A stretch of 61,325 bases of DNA, counting the filler, from Perkinsus olseni (taxonomy: Eukaryota), in assembly GCA_013115125.1 (NCBI GenBank). It is 7 parts of 7 records of this genome, joined end to end, with 100 filler letters (N's around TTAATTAATTAA, not from the genome) between each part and the next. Parts side by side here need not be neighbours in the genome. Positions count along the whole stretch, not along the records: positions 1 to 8,720 come from JABANN010000950.1; positions 8,821 to 17,529 come from JABANN010000951.1; 5 more parts are not named here. The stretch is one strand, 5' to 3'. A program made the position numbers and the translations under genes. Of this stretch, positions 1 to 10,911 are shown piece after piece (within the stretch, counting starts at the first letter, position 1; each line of letters starts with the position of its first letter). The notes beneath the pieces are model-generated. The model did no database searches, was not told the DNA's origin, and saw only the letters and a list, made by a program, of their open reading frames with translations.

Positions 1-1179
1 TTATAGTGGACGACTTTACACTGGAACAGATGACCACTGGACGAAATTATACTGGATCAGTTGGGTTACCCCGATCGGGACGGCGTCCCGCGACGTCGTC
101 GCTCAGTAGTTCGCTTTGTAGGGCGGAACGAGAATCATCATGGCTAACACCGCTCGGCTAGGTCCTCAGGACGAGCCTGCGGTTATTGGTCTGAGACCTA
201 GCCAACGCCGGGAGGGTGTCGAGAGAAAGCAAAGAAAATTCTCGAGCGAATCGATCGACCCGAAGGCCAACTACTCTCGCTAGCCAAAATAGGGTTTGTG
301 TGACAGTCACACTGTGACTTGCCCCTACGGTCGTCATTGTGTGAAATCTTCTTAGTTTGGTGCATCACTCGCTGATGTCGATGGTATTGCTAGCACTGCC
401 GCGACGCTTCGCGTCGCTGTTTCAGTTTTCGCTTCAAGCGTTCTATCAGTGTTAACCAGTGAATCCCTATGAGAGCCTCATAATGAGACTATTGTGAAAT
501 GCCCGTGCATCGAACGCGGCATGAGTCATACCCTAGCATTGGACTCTGTTAGAGTACTGTATTGACACCAAGTCTTATCAGGGCTTCTGCGTGGTGTCTG
601 CTCATGGGTCCTGGGTTGCAATCCTCCTATCCAGGATTGCAACCATGATGAAGATCCGGACAAGCAAGTCGAATTGGTGAAAAATCGTGCATCAAAGGAT
701 ATTTTCGAGAGCTTGCCCTCGCTTTTGGTGTTCTCAACTAATACTCGATTTACTTCCTTCTAGGGCTGTAGAGTGTAGCCATTGACAATGCCCCACTGTG
801 CTGGATGTCAATTATTGACAACTACGCTTAACGCAACGGATTGAATCTGTTGAAGCTTGTCTTACGCTCTGCACTGGCTTATCCAGAGCGGCAGCAAACG
901 AACCGTTCCAAACGGTTATGATGATGAAAAGAGATGAGATGGGGAAAATCTCTCGCAGATATAAGACACCGGGCGAGGGTATAGCCGTCTGAGACGCACT
1001 CAATTTGAGAGTGATCGCTCGACATGGTATTTCAGACCCCCCGGTGAAATGTCTGATGTTCATGTTAGTCTATTGAAGAACGACGATGATACAGTATCTC
1101 GAGCTCGTTGATCATCAACGGTTGATGAGCAATTGCAGAGATACATGATATATTCAGTAACACAGTAGCTGACGATGCT

Positions 1180-2836
1180 TCACGATATCCAGTCGAATGC
1201 CGTAAGGTAGGTAGTGGGGTATCCATCGTTGACGATGTAAACGAAGACTTTACCATCATCCTCTCGAATAGCCAATCCAGATGTGCGCCCGACATTGAAC
1301 CTACTATCATGCTCGGTAGTTTAGACAGCTTCGCGCATCACGAATTGCGACTTGCCCGTAACTCACCCGTCACTCTCCGCAGCTTCTAGGATCGTCTCAG
1401 ATGTCACTGCCACTCCACGACGACGCATAGCCGAGGACAGATCTCTTGACGATACCAAACCGATCTTCATCGTGCTTTCGTCCCTTACTCTAGGAAAAAG
1501 CGCGTGGTCAGCGTATAAATCGGTCAATAATGAACTCACCCTCCGAAAAGTATCATGAGGCTGCCGTCACTGAGCCCCGCCATATCGACGGGAACAAAGC
1601 CGCCGTCCGACTGAGGCAAGAGAAGCGAAGATGGTGTTATCCCATGTTATCTCTTGGGCAACCCCGCGGTGCACGAGACTCTCATGAAGAGAGCTGACCG
1701 AGGAGTTACGGAGAGGCCGACAGCTGCAAACATCACTGTGAAGATCGTGACGACCCATCAGCCCTCCTAAGCGATCGATAAGAGAACCAAGGTGTTATCA
1801 TAGCCGGCGATCGACTCACCTCGACCTCAAACCGAATGGGAATCTCCTCCCCGTCATATGCAAAAGTGGGATAGATACTTCCACCCCGTTTGGTAGGCAC
1901 GTCGCAGACCATGATGAGGTAAGCAGGGAGGAGTGGATCAGGACCTGGCAGTAGGCGAAATATAGAAAGATACGAGTTCACTTCCGCGGCTACGCATCAT
2001 TCCAATTGCTTGCGGAGCGTATTCACCCTCATCTAAGACGAGAGAGATGTCCACTTCCGCAGTCGTCGGCGAATTGATCCCAATGGGGAACCTAACACAC
2101 GGCAGAGTTTGTGGATTTTGAAATTGAGTTGAATCATCTTCACGTACTTCAGCATCCTCTTGCTCTCCGTGTAAGTAACGAATAGCGGTCCTCTACCTCC
2201 GCCACGATAAGTACCATCGACGGCCAAACCACGGGCAGTATCTAAAGAATGCACGAGTGGCGGATAGGGAGAGCTTGAATGAAATGGCGAACATTGACAG
2301 TCTATCATCCACTTCCGGGAGATGCATGGAAATCTTGCAGTGGTGAGCAATGTTCACCTAGGTCGTCTTCCTCTGTAATACGGTCCCTTTGGGGATCACG
2401 CATCGGGGATATAATGATAACGCATTGAAGGTCGCCTTGAGCTCCATGCGCATGAAAAGTCTGACCACGAGCAATAGAATCGGTTACTCACAGTCAGGGC
2501 CCGATCGGCAGCCGTGCCTCACCCATCGTCGTTGGTGGCGAGCATTTCATCGCCATTTGGTGTCGCGAGCATCGAACTTAGTTCTCCAAACTGCGTATGT
2601 TTCGTGGACACCGCGTCCTTGAGTTCGAGGGTCTGAACGAGCCTCAGTGTGCCTAATACCAAGAGAGATTCGACGGAAGGACAATACCCGTTCTTTCGCC
2701 CACCCGAAGGGGAAATGAAGATACTTCGAGGATTCCCGTTCTGAAAAGGTACCCTCCTCTGGAGGAGCCTGACGATATTTTCCTGACAGGCCACTGATCC
2801 GAGAACGGCCGCGAAGAGGACTGAGTGGATAGACAT
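1180..2836 (-). CDS. Multi-exon hypothetical secreted protein (orphan); internal exons approximate
   Basis: Signal-peptide-like start MSIHSVLFAAVLGSVAC; GT..AG introns (e.g. 2522-2461); last exons read ...KIGLVSSRDLSSAMRRRGVAVTSETILEAAESDG / FNVGRTSGLAIREDDGKVFVYIVNDGYPTTYLTAFDWIS* (TGA ends 1180). Confidence 0.5.
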
Positions 2837-3046
2837 GATTATAATACGAAGCGAAAAAAACCAAAGAGGACGTCATCCACATCCTTATCAGCCGAGCGGA
2901 GCGATGGAGTTACGTCGCTAGCGCCTGCGATGATGATAGTGTAGCTAAACGTTCTTCCGAATCTGCCTGCAGACCACAGTGAAGCCTATAAACGGCTGGC
3001 AACTCTCAACGATCACGATCGATCAGATAACCGTTAGATAGAATAT

Positions 3047-3280
3047 TAGTATACCATTAGGGAGGTGCTGGGCAGCATAACAATAGTATACCATTAGGGA
3101 GGTGCTGGGCAGCATAACAATAGTATACCATTAGGGAGGTGCTGGGCAGCATAACAATAGTATACCATTAGGGAGGTGCTGGGCAGCATAACAATAGTAT
3201 ACCATGAGGGAGGTGCTAGGCAGCATAGCAATAGTATACCATTAGGGAGGTGCTAGGCAGCATAGCAATAGTATACCATG
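3047..3280 (+). repeat. 37-bp tandem minisatellite, ~6 copies
   Basis: Unit TAGTATACCATTAGGGAGGTGCTGGGCAGCATAACAA; period measured 3061 to 3098; last copies degenerate. Confidence 0.95.
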
Positions 3281-3639
3281 AAAGAGGTCCTGGGACGTCG
3301 TCCTGAGGACGATCATCACAGAAATAGAATACCGTCAGAAAGCTGCGAAACGGGCTTCCTATGCTCAAAAAAAGCTCACTTCCGTCATCAGTGACCAACC
3401 AAAACAGTGGTTAGTGACTAATCACGCTTAGAACGCACCAACCAGCATAACCTCGTTGCGATGAGCGAATGGAATACCTTGAATGAACACGCGGCACGTA
3501 TACGCACGGTTACTAACAGGAACCGGCGAGAGGTAGACAACTGTTGTCTAAAACGAGGAAGGCTTCGCAATCACCTCGGCCAAAGTTAACGGGCTACCAG
3601 GGGACGTTATCGCAGCAAACTTCAGGATCGGCCGGCCGA

Positions 3640-5040
3640 TCATCGGGCGGTCCGCCCAACTGTCGATAAATCAGGGAATGCTGTCGTACGACGCGCGTGC
3701 ACTAGCGGGCTCACTGTCACGTAGTCGAGGAACCCCCTCCAAACCATCGAAGAGTCCATTCGGCCTATGAGGCCGCTTCTTCCGTCACAGAGTATATCAC
3801 TGTGGTATACTCGGATATCATAAGTGAATCGGATCTCATCACATCCGCGAGTGAGGATGCCATTAAAGCACTTGGATCGTGTCCCGATGATCGTGATAGG
3901 GACACCGAATTGGCGAGTAAGAGTCAGCTCAGCCGCGTGCCTGCTTTCCAGGCCCTGATATTGAGAAATCAACTTATGTATCAAGCGTATGAGGAACTAC
4001 ATTACTGTAGAAAAACAATAGCGACACGAAGATTATTCGTGCTGCGACTTCCCACCTGCGAGAGCTGTGCGACAATGACATCGTCCCATGTAATGCGACG
4101 TCCAAGGGCACCACGCACATGCAACTCGAAACGTTCCCGAGAAAGCTTTTCGGCACGAGATTCATAATCTGGTTATAGAGTCTACAATGTAGACGCAGGA
4201 GTTGTCCAACCAATGAATGCTCAAACTCGCATCGGTTCACGTTTCATAATCCACTCCAGAATCGATTCTGGGTTTCTGAGAATCAGTTCATTGAGCACCC
4301 TCTGACTTAACACTTGACGAAGCAACGAAGAACATGAGTGGCATGTCAAACTTTAGAGTCTAAATGACGACCTTGTGATGTTCCTATAATGATTTATTGA
4401 GTGACATTATCAAGGTTCTCTGGGCAGAGTCGCGTCCAAATTTTTCACACGACTCTGCCCAACAAACCTAGGTCGTAGCTGGCCCAGCTAAGCTGGGATC
4501 GAAGATCCATACTGTATATTCTTTCCTTTGGAAACGAGCGACTCTCGGCGCGGAGAGGAACTTTCGCTCTCCAGAGCGTCTCAGTCTTCAAAGACCGAGA
4601 TAAGACTTTTCTCGAAACCCTGCTGCACGGGCTCTTCGAGATTCCGAACCGATAATCTGCCCGCACTTCGGGCTATTCGCGTTTCTCGCTCATCTTGGGA
4701 GTTGCTACCCTAACGCCGTTAGGCTAACGATCTCCACCGTGTGGTCCAAGAATGGTAGCTGGCATTCGCCACTGATAGCGCAAACATGGGAGCGTCGCTC
4801 CCGGAGCGAAGGAAAGAGCCTCACAGTAGAGGCTAACCACCTGAGGCCCTCAGGCTGAGGGTAGGGTTCCCGAAATTGTTGAGGCATTCTCTGGGCTTTG
4901 GCTGTAGTGCGTTGGTCTGGACTCTCCTGAAAGTTCCACGGACTGTCTGTGTCCGTGACGGACATCGGCGATGTCACATCGCCCATCACCGCGGTGACGG
5001 CTACTGCTACGAAGCAGGCTAGTGGAATGATATGAATCAT
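3640..5040 (-). CDS. Possible multi-exon secreted orphan protein or pseudogene; 3' end uncertain
   Basis: Hydrophobic N-terminus MIHIIPLACFVAVAVTAVMG, followed by ORF fragments separated by GT/AG-bounded segments. A full model could not be built. Confidence 0.3.
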
Positions 5041-5803
5041 ATGTGGAGCTGCTTACCATCATATCATATGATGGAAAGTAGCTACACCGTAATAGATAAC
5101 TACAAAACCTGCTCGAGTCGTCACCAGGAAACCACGACATGGCAGCGAGCCGGGCCTGTTGAACATGCCCTGTTCTCGGCAGTGGCGAGTTGGCACCGCC
5201 GCGTGCCACCGCGTAAATGAGCTTCGTTTAGACTCAACTGCGATCCGGAATGCTCGTAGTGAGGTTGTAACCCGTTGCAAAGGGAAATGATCACAGATAC
5301 GCCTCAGAATACTAACTGCCAATGAGTTATTGATGTCATCAATGAACTCATCATCAATAGATACACTTTCATCTCAGTATATTCATTAATGTCAGCGTCA
5401 ATGGTTACACATCCAATGCTTTCGGTATCCGATAGGTTCATACCGACCGTTACGTTATAACTGTATAACGGTTGGGAGCGAGCTCATCCAGGATGGTTGA
5501 GCGTGCGCGTTACTCAGGTTACCGTATCTGATATTTAAAGAGTATTAGCCCACCCGACCGTCCCTCCTATCTCACAGAGCGGGTATCCTTGAGTTATCCT
5601 TAGCGCGAGTGATAATAATTGATCTCAGGCTGAATGTGAGCTTGACGCTCACTGTGAGCAGCTCACATAACACGCTACTTGATCAGATGAAGTCACTCAA
5701 AACACAAGCGCATCTGAAAAGGGAATTGAAGTATGCAAACTGATCATGAGTAGAGCGATATGGATGAAATATATGAGTAGAGAATAAAATACGCAGATCA
5801 TCA

Positions 5804-6781
5804 CTACGGAGCAGAAGGGGAGTATTCGGTACAAATGGATGGACCACACAACTGGTCACCGCCTTTGCAGACCGGTACGTGTAACCACCATTTACAATAG
5901 GATTCACCGTCCGTCGGTGGAGGGCTCTGGTCCTCGCAGTAAGCATCACAATTAACGTCAGGTCCAGAGTGACGGTCCTGGGGCGTGCCTGTGCCCGGGG
6001 GCTCCCCAGTACTGCAGTAGCTCGGACCACACGGTTGGTCACCTCCACGACAAACCGGCTCTGTTTTCCACCATTTGCAATAAGAGCCGTCGTCGTTCAA
6101 AGACTGGCAGAATGAATCGCAGGGCGCCGAGTGATGAGGATGACCAGTGACTTCGTTTACTGCGGTAGGGGGACCCTGTGGCTTCGGCCAGTCCTGCGAC
6201 CTGCATCTTTCTACGTCACCGCATGCTTGGTTGCCGTGCTTACAAACTGGAACATCCAACCACCATTTACAGAAGGAGCCTTCGTCGTTGTTCATGCTCT
6301 GGCACATCAAATCGCACTCACCATAATAGAGGCCATCCCCTTCGGGTCCACCTGGGCTGATGCTCTTGTTTGGCAATTCGCAGAGGCTCTGGGTTCCGCA
6401 GGGTTGGTCACCACCAATGCACACAGCGTATTCGAGCCACCATTTACAATAAGAATCTTCATCGTTGTTCATCACTTGGCAGTAGCGGTCACAGTCGCCC
6501 CTGATCTGGTTGATGTTGAGCCCTGTTGATGGTGTTGATGTCGTTGTCGTCGTCGCTTCACGAGCAACGTATCCGGGATTGGCAACGGGTGGTATGTCCC
6601 CTTTGCCACAAGGCGGGCCAGCCGGAGTGCATTTCATCTCTCCATCGAGTACAACCATACAGGTGCTTGTCGCACCATTGTGGTACCGACAATAATTATC
6701 CCAATCCCTCCCCTGAGATCGCACGGCCGATAAGCATAAGAATGTCCAAGCGACTGGACTGATGTGATGAACTGATCTCAT
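5804..6781 (-). CDS. Secreted Cys/Trp-rich repeat protein (about 5 copies of a CDxxCQ...SYCKWW...VCxGGDQxCG module), intronless
   Basis: ATG at 6781 gives a signal peptide (MRSVHHISPVAWTFLCLSAVRSQG); four clear 6-Cys repeats plus one divergent N-terminal copy, separated by Thr/Pro/Gly linkers. The upstream in-frame ATG at 6961 is less likely to be the start. Confidence 0.85.
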   Translation of the reverse strand: MRSVHHISPVAWTFLCLSAVRSQGRDWDNYCRYHNGATSTCMVVLDGEMKCTPAGPPCGKGDIPPVANPGYVAREATTTTTSTPSTGLNINQIRGDCDRYCQVMNNDEDSYCKWWLEYAVCIGGDQPCGTQSLCELPNKSISPGGPEGDGLYYGECDLMCQSMNNDEGSFCKWWLDVPVCKHGNQACGDVERCRSQDWPKPQGPPTAVNEVTGHPHHSAPCDSFCQSLNDDGSYCKWWKTEPVCRGGDQPCGPSYCSTGEPPGTGTPQDRHSGPDVNCDAYCEDQSPPPTDGESYCKWWLHVPVCKGGDQLCGPSICTEYSPSAP

Positions 6782-7452
6782 GGCGCTCGGGAGGCGAGAG
6801 TGCTGCTGATGCCTCGCCGACGCCCAGCCGTTTCGGATCCTCTCCTTTTCGTTGTAATTGAATTGGGCGAGCGCAACTTCTTGCTGCTCTTGCTTATTTG
6901 CCGATTCCTTCAATTCCTTGATCTCGCAACTTCTTGCCCAAGTGCGTTTGCTGCTTTTCATTCTACAAATCGGCAGCCGTTTCTACAATGGGGCAAGTTT
7001 TGAAATAGATTCCGGCAACCGATTATTCGTTGCAGCAAATAATTTTGTTGAGAGCGGCAAATTGAGTTTTTTTGCTCTATTCTAGCGGAATTCGATATTT
7101 TGGTCGCGATATACACGATCGAGCAGTTTTGCTCAATCATTACACAGGTTAGGTTTCTCGTCCGTTGAGCAATGAGTGAGCTTTTTCTCTTCCCAGGCTT
7201 TTGTCTGGCATTTTTATGTTCTGGAAATACATCGGGGTTTGCCCTTAATTGTTTCGCTCACAAGGCGTACCACAAGCGGCAATTGCTGGAAGCTGCTATA
7301 CCACAACAAATAATTCACAGTAGCACCTAGCTATCTGACAATAATATCACGGTAGAGCGCTAAAGTAGCAACTTATACCCAGTTTAGGCGCGCACCGAAT
7401 CTGGGTCACCCAAGTTCGGTGGGCATTCCTTCAATCCCGCTGTGATTCACTT

Positions 7453-7509
7453 CGCTCGTATTGACATGTTTTCCGCGAGCAGCTCGCGGAAAACATGTCA
7501 ATACGAGCG
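7453..7509. repeat. Perfect 57-nt palindrome (28-bp arms, 1-nt centre)
   Basis: CGCTCGTATTGACATGTTTTCCGCGAGC-A-GCTCGCGGAAAACATGTCAATACGAGCG. Confidence 0.97.
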
Positions 7510-7542
7510 CTCTCGCTCCGCGCGCACCAGGTCTACCTCCGG

Positions 7543-7605
7543 TGCCGTCACCTGGGATCGAACCTGGGCCCACTACATGAAAGCACACACCCTTATCCAG
7601 CGGAC
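7543..7605 (-). pseudogene. Degenerate tRNA-Glu(TTC)-derived sequence (tRNA pseudogene or SINE head)
   Basis: Minus strand GTCCGCTGGATAAGGGTGTGTGCTTTCATGTAGTGGGCCCAGGTTCGATCCCAGGTGACGGCA has a D-loop-like TGGATAAGG, loop CTTTCAT, B-box GGTTCGATCCC and a 3' acceptor strand. The 5' acceptor strand is missing and the anticodon and T stems are mismatched. Confidence 0.6.
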
Positions 7606-7752
7606 AAAAATTTCACAAGAGATATGCTATTGTTTTGTCGCGGTTAGTCTCCAGTGCCCCGCAAACACCTCGTAACTCTATCAAGGAGGCTCCTTTTCTC
7701 GCCATCGGCGCTTGGGTGTATTCCACTGAGTGGAATCCACTCACCGCTCGTG

Positions 7753-7988
7753 CAGGGGCCGTATGCGGATCCTGATGCGTGCATCACTACCCCTGAGTAA
7801 AATCACCCTGTGATCCCGATGCGTGAGTAAAATCGGGTAGTGATGCAGAGTACGTGAGTCAGATTCTTGAGTATGATGCAGGATGATAGCCCGAGATTCA
7901 TAACTCAGTGAAAAATCTGTGCTTGAGTATTGATGCAGATTTTTTACTCTGCATCACCCCAAAAATCAGGATCCGCATACGGCCCCAG
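7753..7988. mobile_element. MITE-like element with hAT-style terminal inverted repeats
   Basis: CAGGGGCCGTATGCGGATCCTGAT ... ATCAGGATCCGCATACGGCCCCAG (22 bp perfect), with internal repeated GAGTAAAATC/TGATGCA motifs. No 8-bp TSD seen. Confidence 0.7.
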
Positions 7989-8595
7989 AACTCCAATGCA
8001 GTAGCTGGTCCGTTCCAACTACTACGAGTTGGGCCGCCCAACTTGGGCGTCAACAAATAACTCAGAGCACCAGAATTGAACCCGGGTGCTTGTAGCAGCC
8101 GACCGCTAGTTATCCCGCTAGAGCACACTCTACCCGAGAAAGTTTGAGGGTTTTATCTTGAGTTCTGCGCAATCTCAACTTGCACCATCATCTACCGCTG
8201 GTTCAACCCGGGCCGCTACCGTTTTTTAGGCAATCAATTTAATCGTTCGGATGTTGCTGCTTCTTCAGCAGTTGCGATCGGAAAGTTGCTACTATCAGAG
8301 TAGCAATCGAGCAACTTTGTTACATTAGAGCAGTGTACGAATGAGCAATAAATATAAGTATGAGCAATTTCTAAAATTACATAGCAGCAACCAATGCTAA
8401 TAGTAGCACTTCCTGTTTTACAATCCAGAACATTTGCTCGTTTGTAACAGGGAAATTGCTTTTTCGCTCGTTTGTATTTTCTCCGCGAAACAGAACGTTT
8501 CAAGCAAACTAGCAAAAGTAGCAGTGACTATATGACTTAGCAATCCAGCACTTTCAGCAACTTTGCTCGGTTGCTCTTTTCGGCTCTTTCGGTTG

Positions 8596-8720
8596 CCCTA
8601 ATGGTATACCATTGTTATGCTGCCCAGCACCTCCCTAATGGTATACCATTGTTATGCTGCCCAGCACCTCCCTAATGGTATACTATTGTTATGCTGCCCA
8701 GCACCTCCCTAATGGTATAC
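8596..8720 (-). repeat. Same 37-bp minisatellite in inverted orientation, running into the contig end
   Basis: CCCTAATGGTATACYATTGTTATGCTGCCCAGCACCT x ~3.4 is the reverse complement of the 3047-3280 unit. Confidence 0.95.
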
Positions 8721-8820
8721 NNNNNNNNNNNNNNNNNNNNNNNNNNNNNNNNNNNNNNNNNNNNTTAATTAATTAANNNNNNNNNNNNNNNNNNNNNNNN
8801 NNNNNNNNNNNNNNNNNNNN
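8721..8820. other. Artificial contig linker (also 17530-17629, 26318-26417, 35089-35188, 43856-43955, 52606-52705)
   Basis: 100-nt blocks of N with a central TTAATTAATTAA, which gives stops in all six frames. Confidence 0.99.
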
Positions 8821-9269
8821 CTTCCTTATCCGCCAATTGTATCCCCCCATCTCGACCCTACCGCCAATTTGCTTTCTCCAAACGCTAACGTGAGATCCTC
8901 GACCCCCAAATAGGCTACGGCCTTATCCGCCAAATAGATTTCTGAATGGTATAGAAAGTGAGACATTGGGGGAAATGTTGGAGGGCGGGTACGCTTCCGG
9001 GAGTATTTTAGAGGTTCAACTGTTGATCATTCTCGATCGGTAAAACGCTCATTTGTTGCCAAATTTTCCTCTTCGGGCCCTCGAGAAATTGGATTATTTT
9101 CTGACTTTGCCAGTTTAATAGTTCATGGTCAATCAAAGTGTTTTCCTCGCTCAATAGCTCGGTTGTGACTTATGTCGGTTTAGCACTGAGCCCTCCTACT
9201 GAGGGGAAGGGAAGCGTTTGCGGCGTGCATGATGCTATGACATAAGGCCATATCATCATAGGTCCGACA

Positions 9270-10911
9270 AGCAGTGCCGGGAAGCGCACGAAAAGGTTAT
9301 GGCTGAACATATCCGATATCTCGAAAGTCATCAAAATGACCTCTTTCAAAGGCTTTGAATCAAAGCCTTCGTGCCTTCGTGAAGCAGAACGAAAAACTAC
9401 ATGGAGACGTTTCTGGGGTAACAGAAAGAAGGAATCCAATCTCAGTAATTCCAGAATTGCCTTCTCGGGCGGACAAACTTTCTCGTGAGACGTTAGCCTG
9501 TTGCTCAGCTTTAGCTCAGTCTGGTTGGTTGTGATCGTCTTAAGTGTTGGTTATTTCAGCATCGTAAGAATGTCTACAATCTATATTCCTGCACTCGCGA
9601 TTTGGGGCTGGCTCTTCGGTCGTCTCGGGCAAAGTTGGCCAACGGGAACCAGGACGTCCAAGCAGTTCACAACAGTAGTACGGCCGCTTCAGAAGCACCA
9701 GTTTGAAGGAGCTCTCCTCATCCCTAGCTTTCCGACCATCTCAAGTAGAGGCCTCTTAGACAATCGCGCTCGGCTGCGTCTTTCCTGCTCTCCGAACGCA
9801 ATACAATTGCCTCGAGTATGCGCTTCGCTTGCGAGACTTCTAGTTTTGGCCGTAATTGCGAATTATCGGCGTTTGCAGTTGGTCGACTGTACTTTTTCAG
9901 TTGCGGCTAGGCGAGAGGGTTTGAGGGAGAAGATCGTCAAAGCCGAAGAAGCCATCATTCAGTTGGAGAGGTAACCGAGAAAGTGTTGAGAGAGTCTTTT
10001 CGAAAAGTATGTCGACCACGCCAGGTTATGCCAGCAGGATTTGGAGGATATCCTCAGAGACCGCCGACCACATCTAGCCATCATACAGGTACGTCTGAGG
10101 CCATTTGTCTCTCATGTGTCGGTGGAAAGTTGGTAAACTGCAGGCTGGCCGTAGCCCCGAGTCACGTTGATCGCCTAGACCAGCAAGCTCGCGAGGGGCA
10201 CAGTGGCGCCACTACAGCCCGTCAAGCTCCACAGCAATACCGAGCTCCCCTGGGAGAGTGAGAATTATTGTTACTAAAGCCAGCTGCAGTGCTCGATTCC
10301 ATTCTCTCCTTTCAGAGTAGCGATGGTGGGGCAGTTGAGGCAAGCTTCTCCGCGATGGCGACCTCTCGCTCTGGTTCTCGCTAGGCATCGGTGAGGAGAT
10401 AATAGTCCGAGGTCATCTATTTCCTACAGTACACTCACAGGAGCAGCGGATCCTTCACAGTGAATCTGCTACGCTACCCGAATGGCATGCATGCATCAGT
10501 TGTACCAGAGTGTTACTGCCCGGAGTAGCTCTACTTCCATGTTGAGTTTTTGTGGTAAAACGGGCGGCGGTTGCTGACCGCCTTTGGGCTCTCACAGTTA
10601 CTAGCCACGGCAAGGGGAGACCCCGGGCCCGCCCGATGTTTCCGGGACTGATTTGCTAATAACTGGCTCGCAAATCTCCCATTCGGTTTTGGCGAATCTG
10701 AAGTTCAGGAACGTGAAAGGGAGAAGAGAACGGCAGGTTTGTGTGAGTCCCTCATCCAGTATCCGAACGAAAGGAGTCGTCGTCGAAGTTTTGATGATCA
10801 GCCGACCGTAGTCTTCTACGAAGCGACAAATCTGATGATGGAAGTCCCTACTATTGAGGAGTCCTTGCTGATAAGTTCTTCAATATTAGATCTGCCGACA
10901 ACTAACGAATA
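9270..10911 (+). CDS. Fragmentary multi-exon hypothetical coiled-coil gene or pseudogene
   Basis: Exon-like pieces (VAARREGLREKIVKAEEAIIQLER|gtaacc; LCQQDLEDILRDRRPHLAIIQ|gtacgt) and a last open segment ending ...LDLPTTNE* at 10911. Confidence 0.3.

Noticed and set aside
3047..3280. 37-bp repeats as CRISPR direct repeats
   Set aside because: The units are head-to-tail with no spacers.
8765..8776. TTAATTAATTAA palindromes repeated six times
   Set aside because: Assembly linker, not biological sequence.
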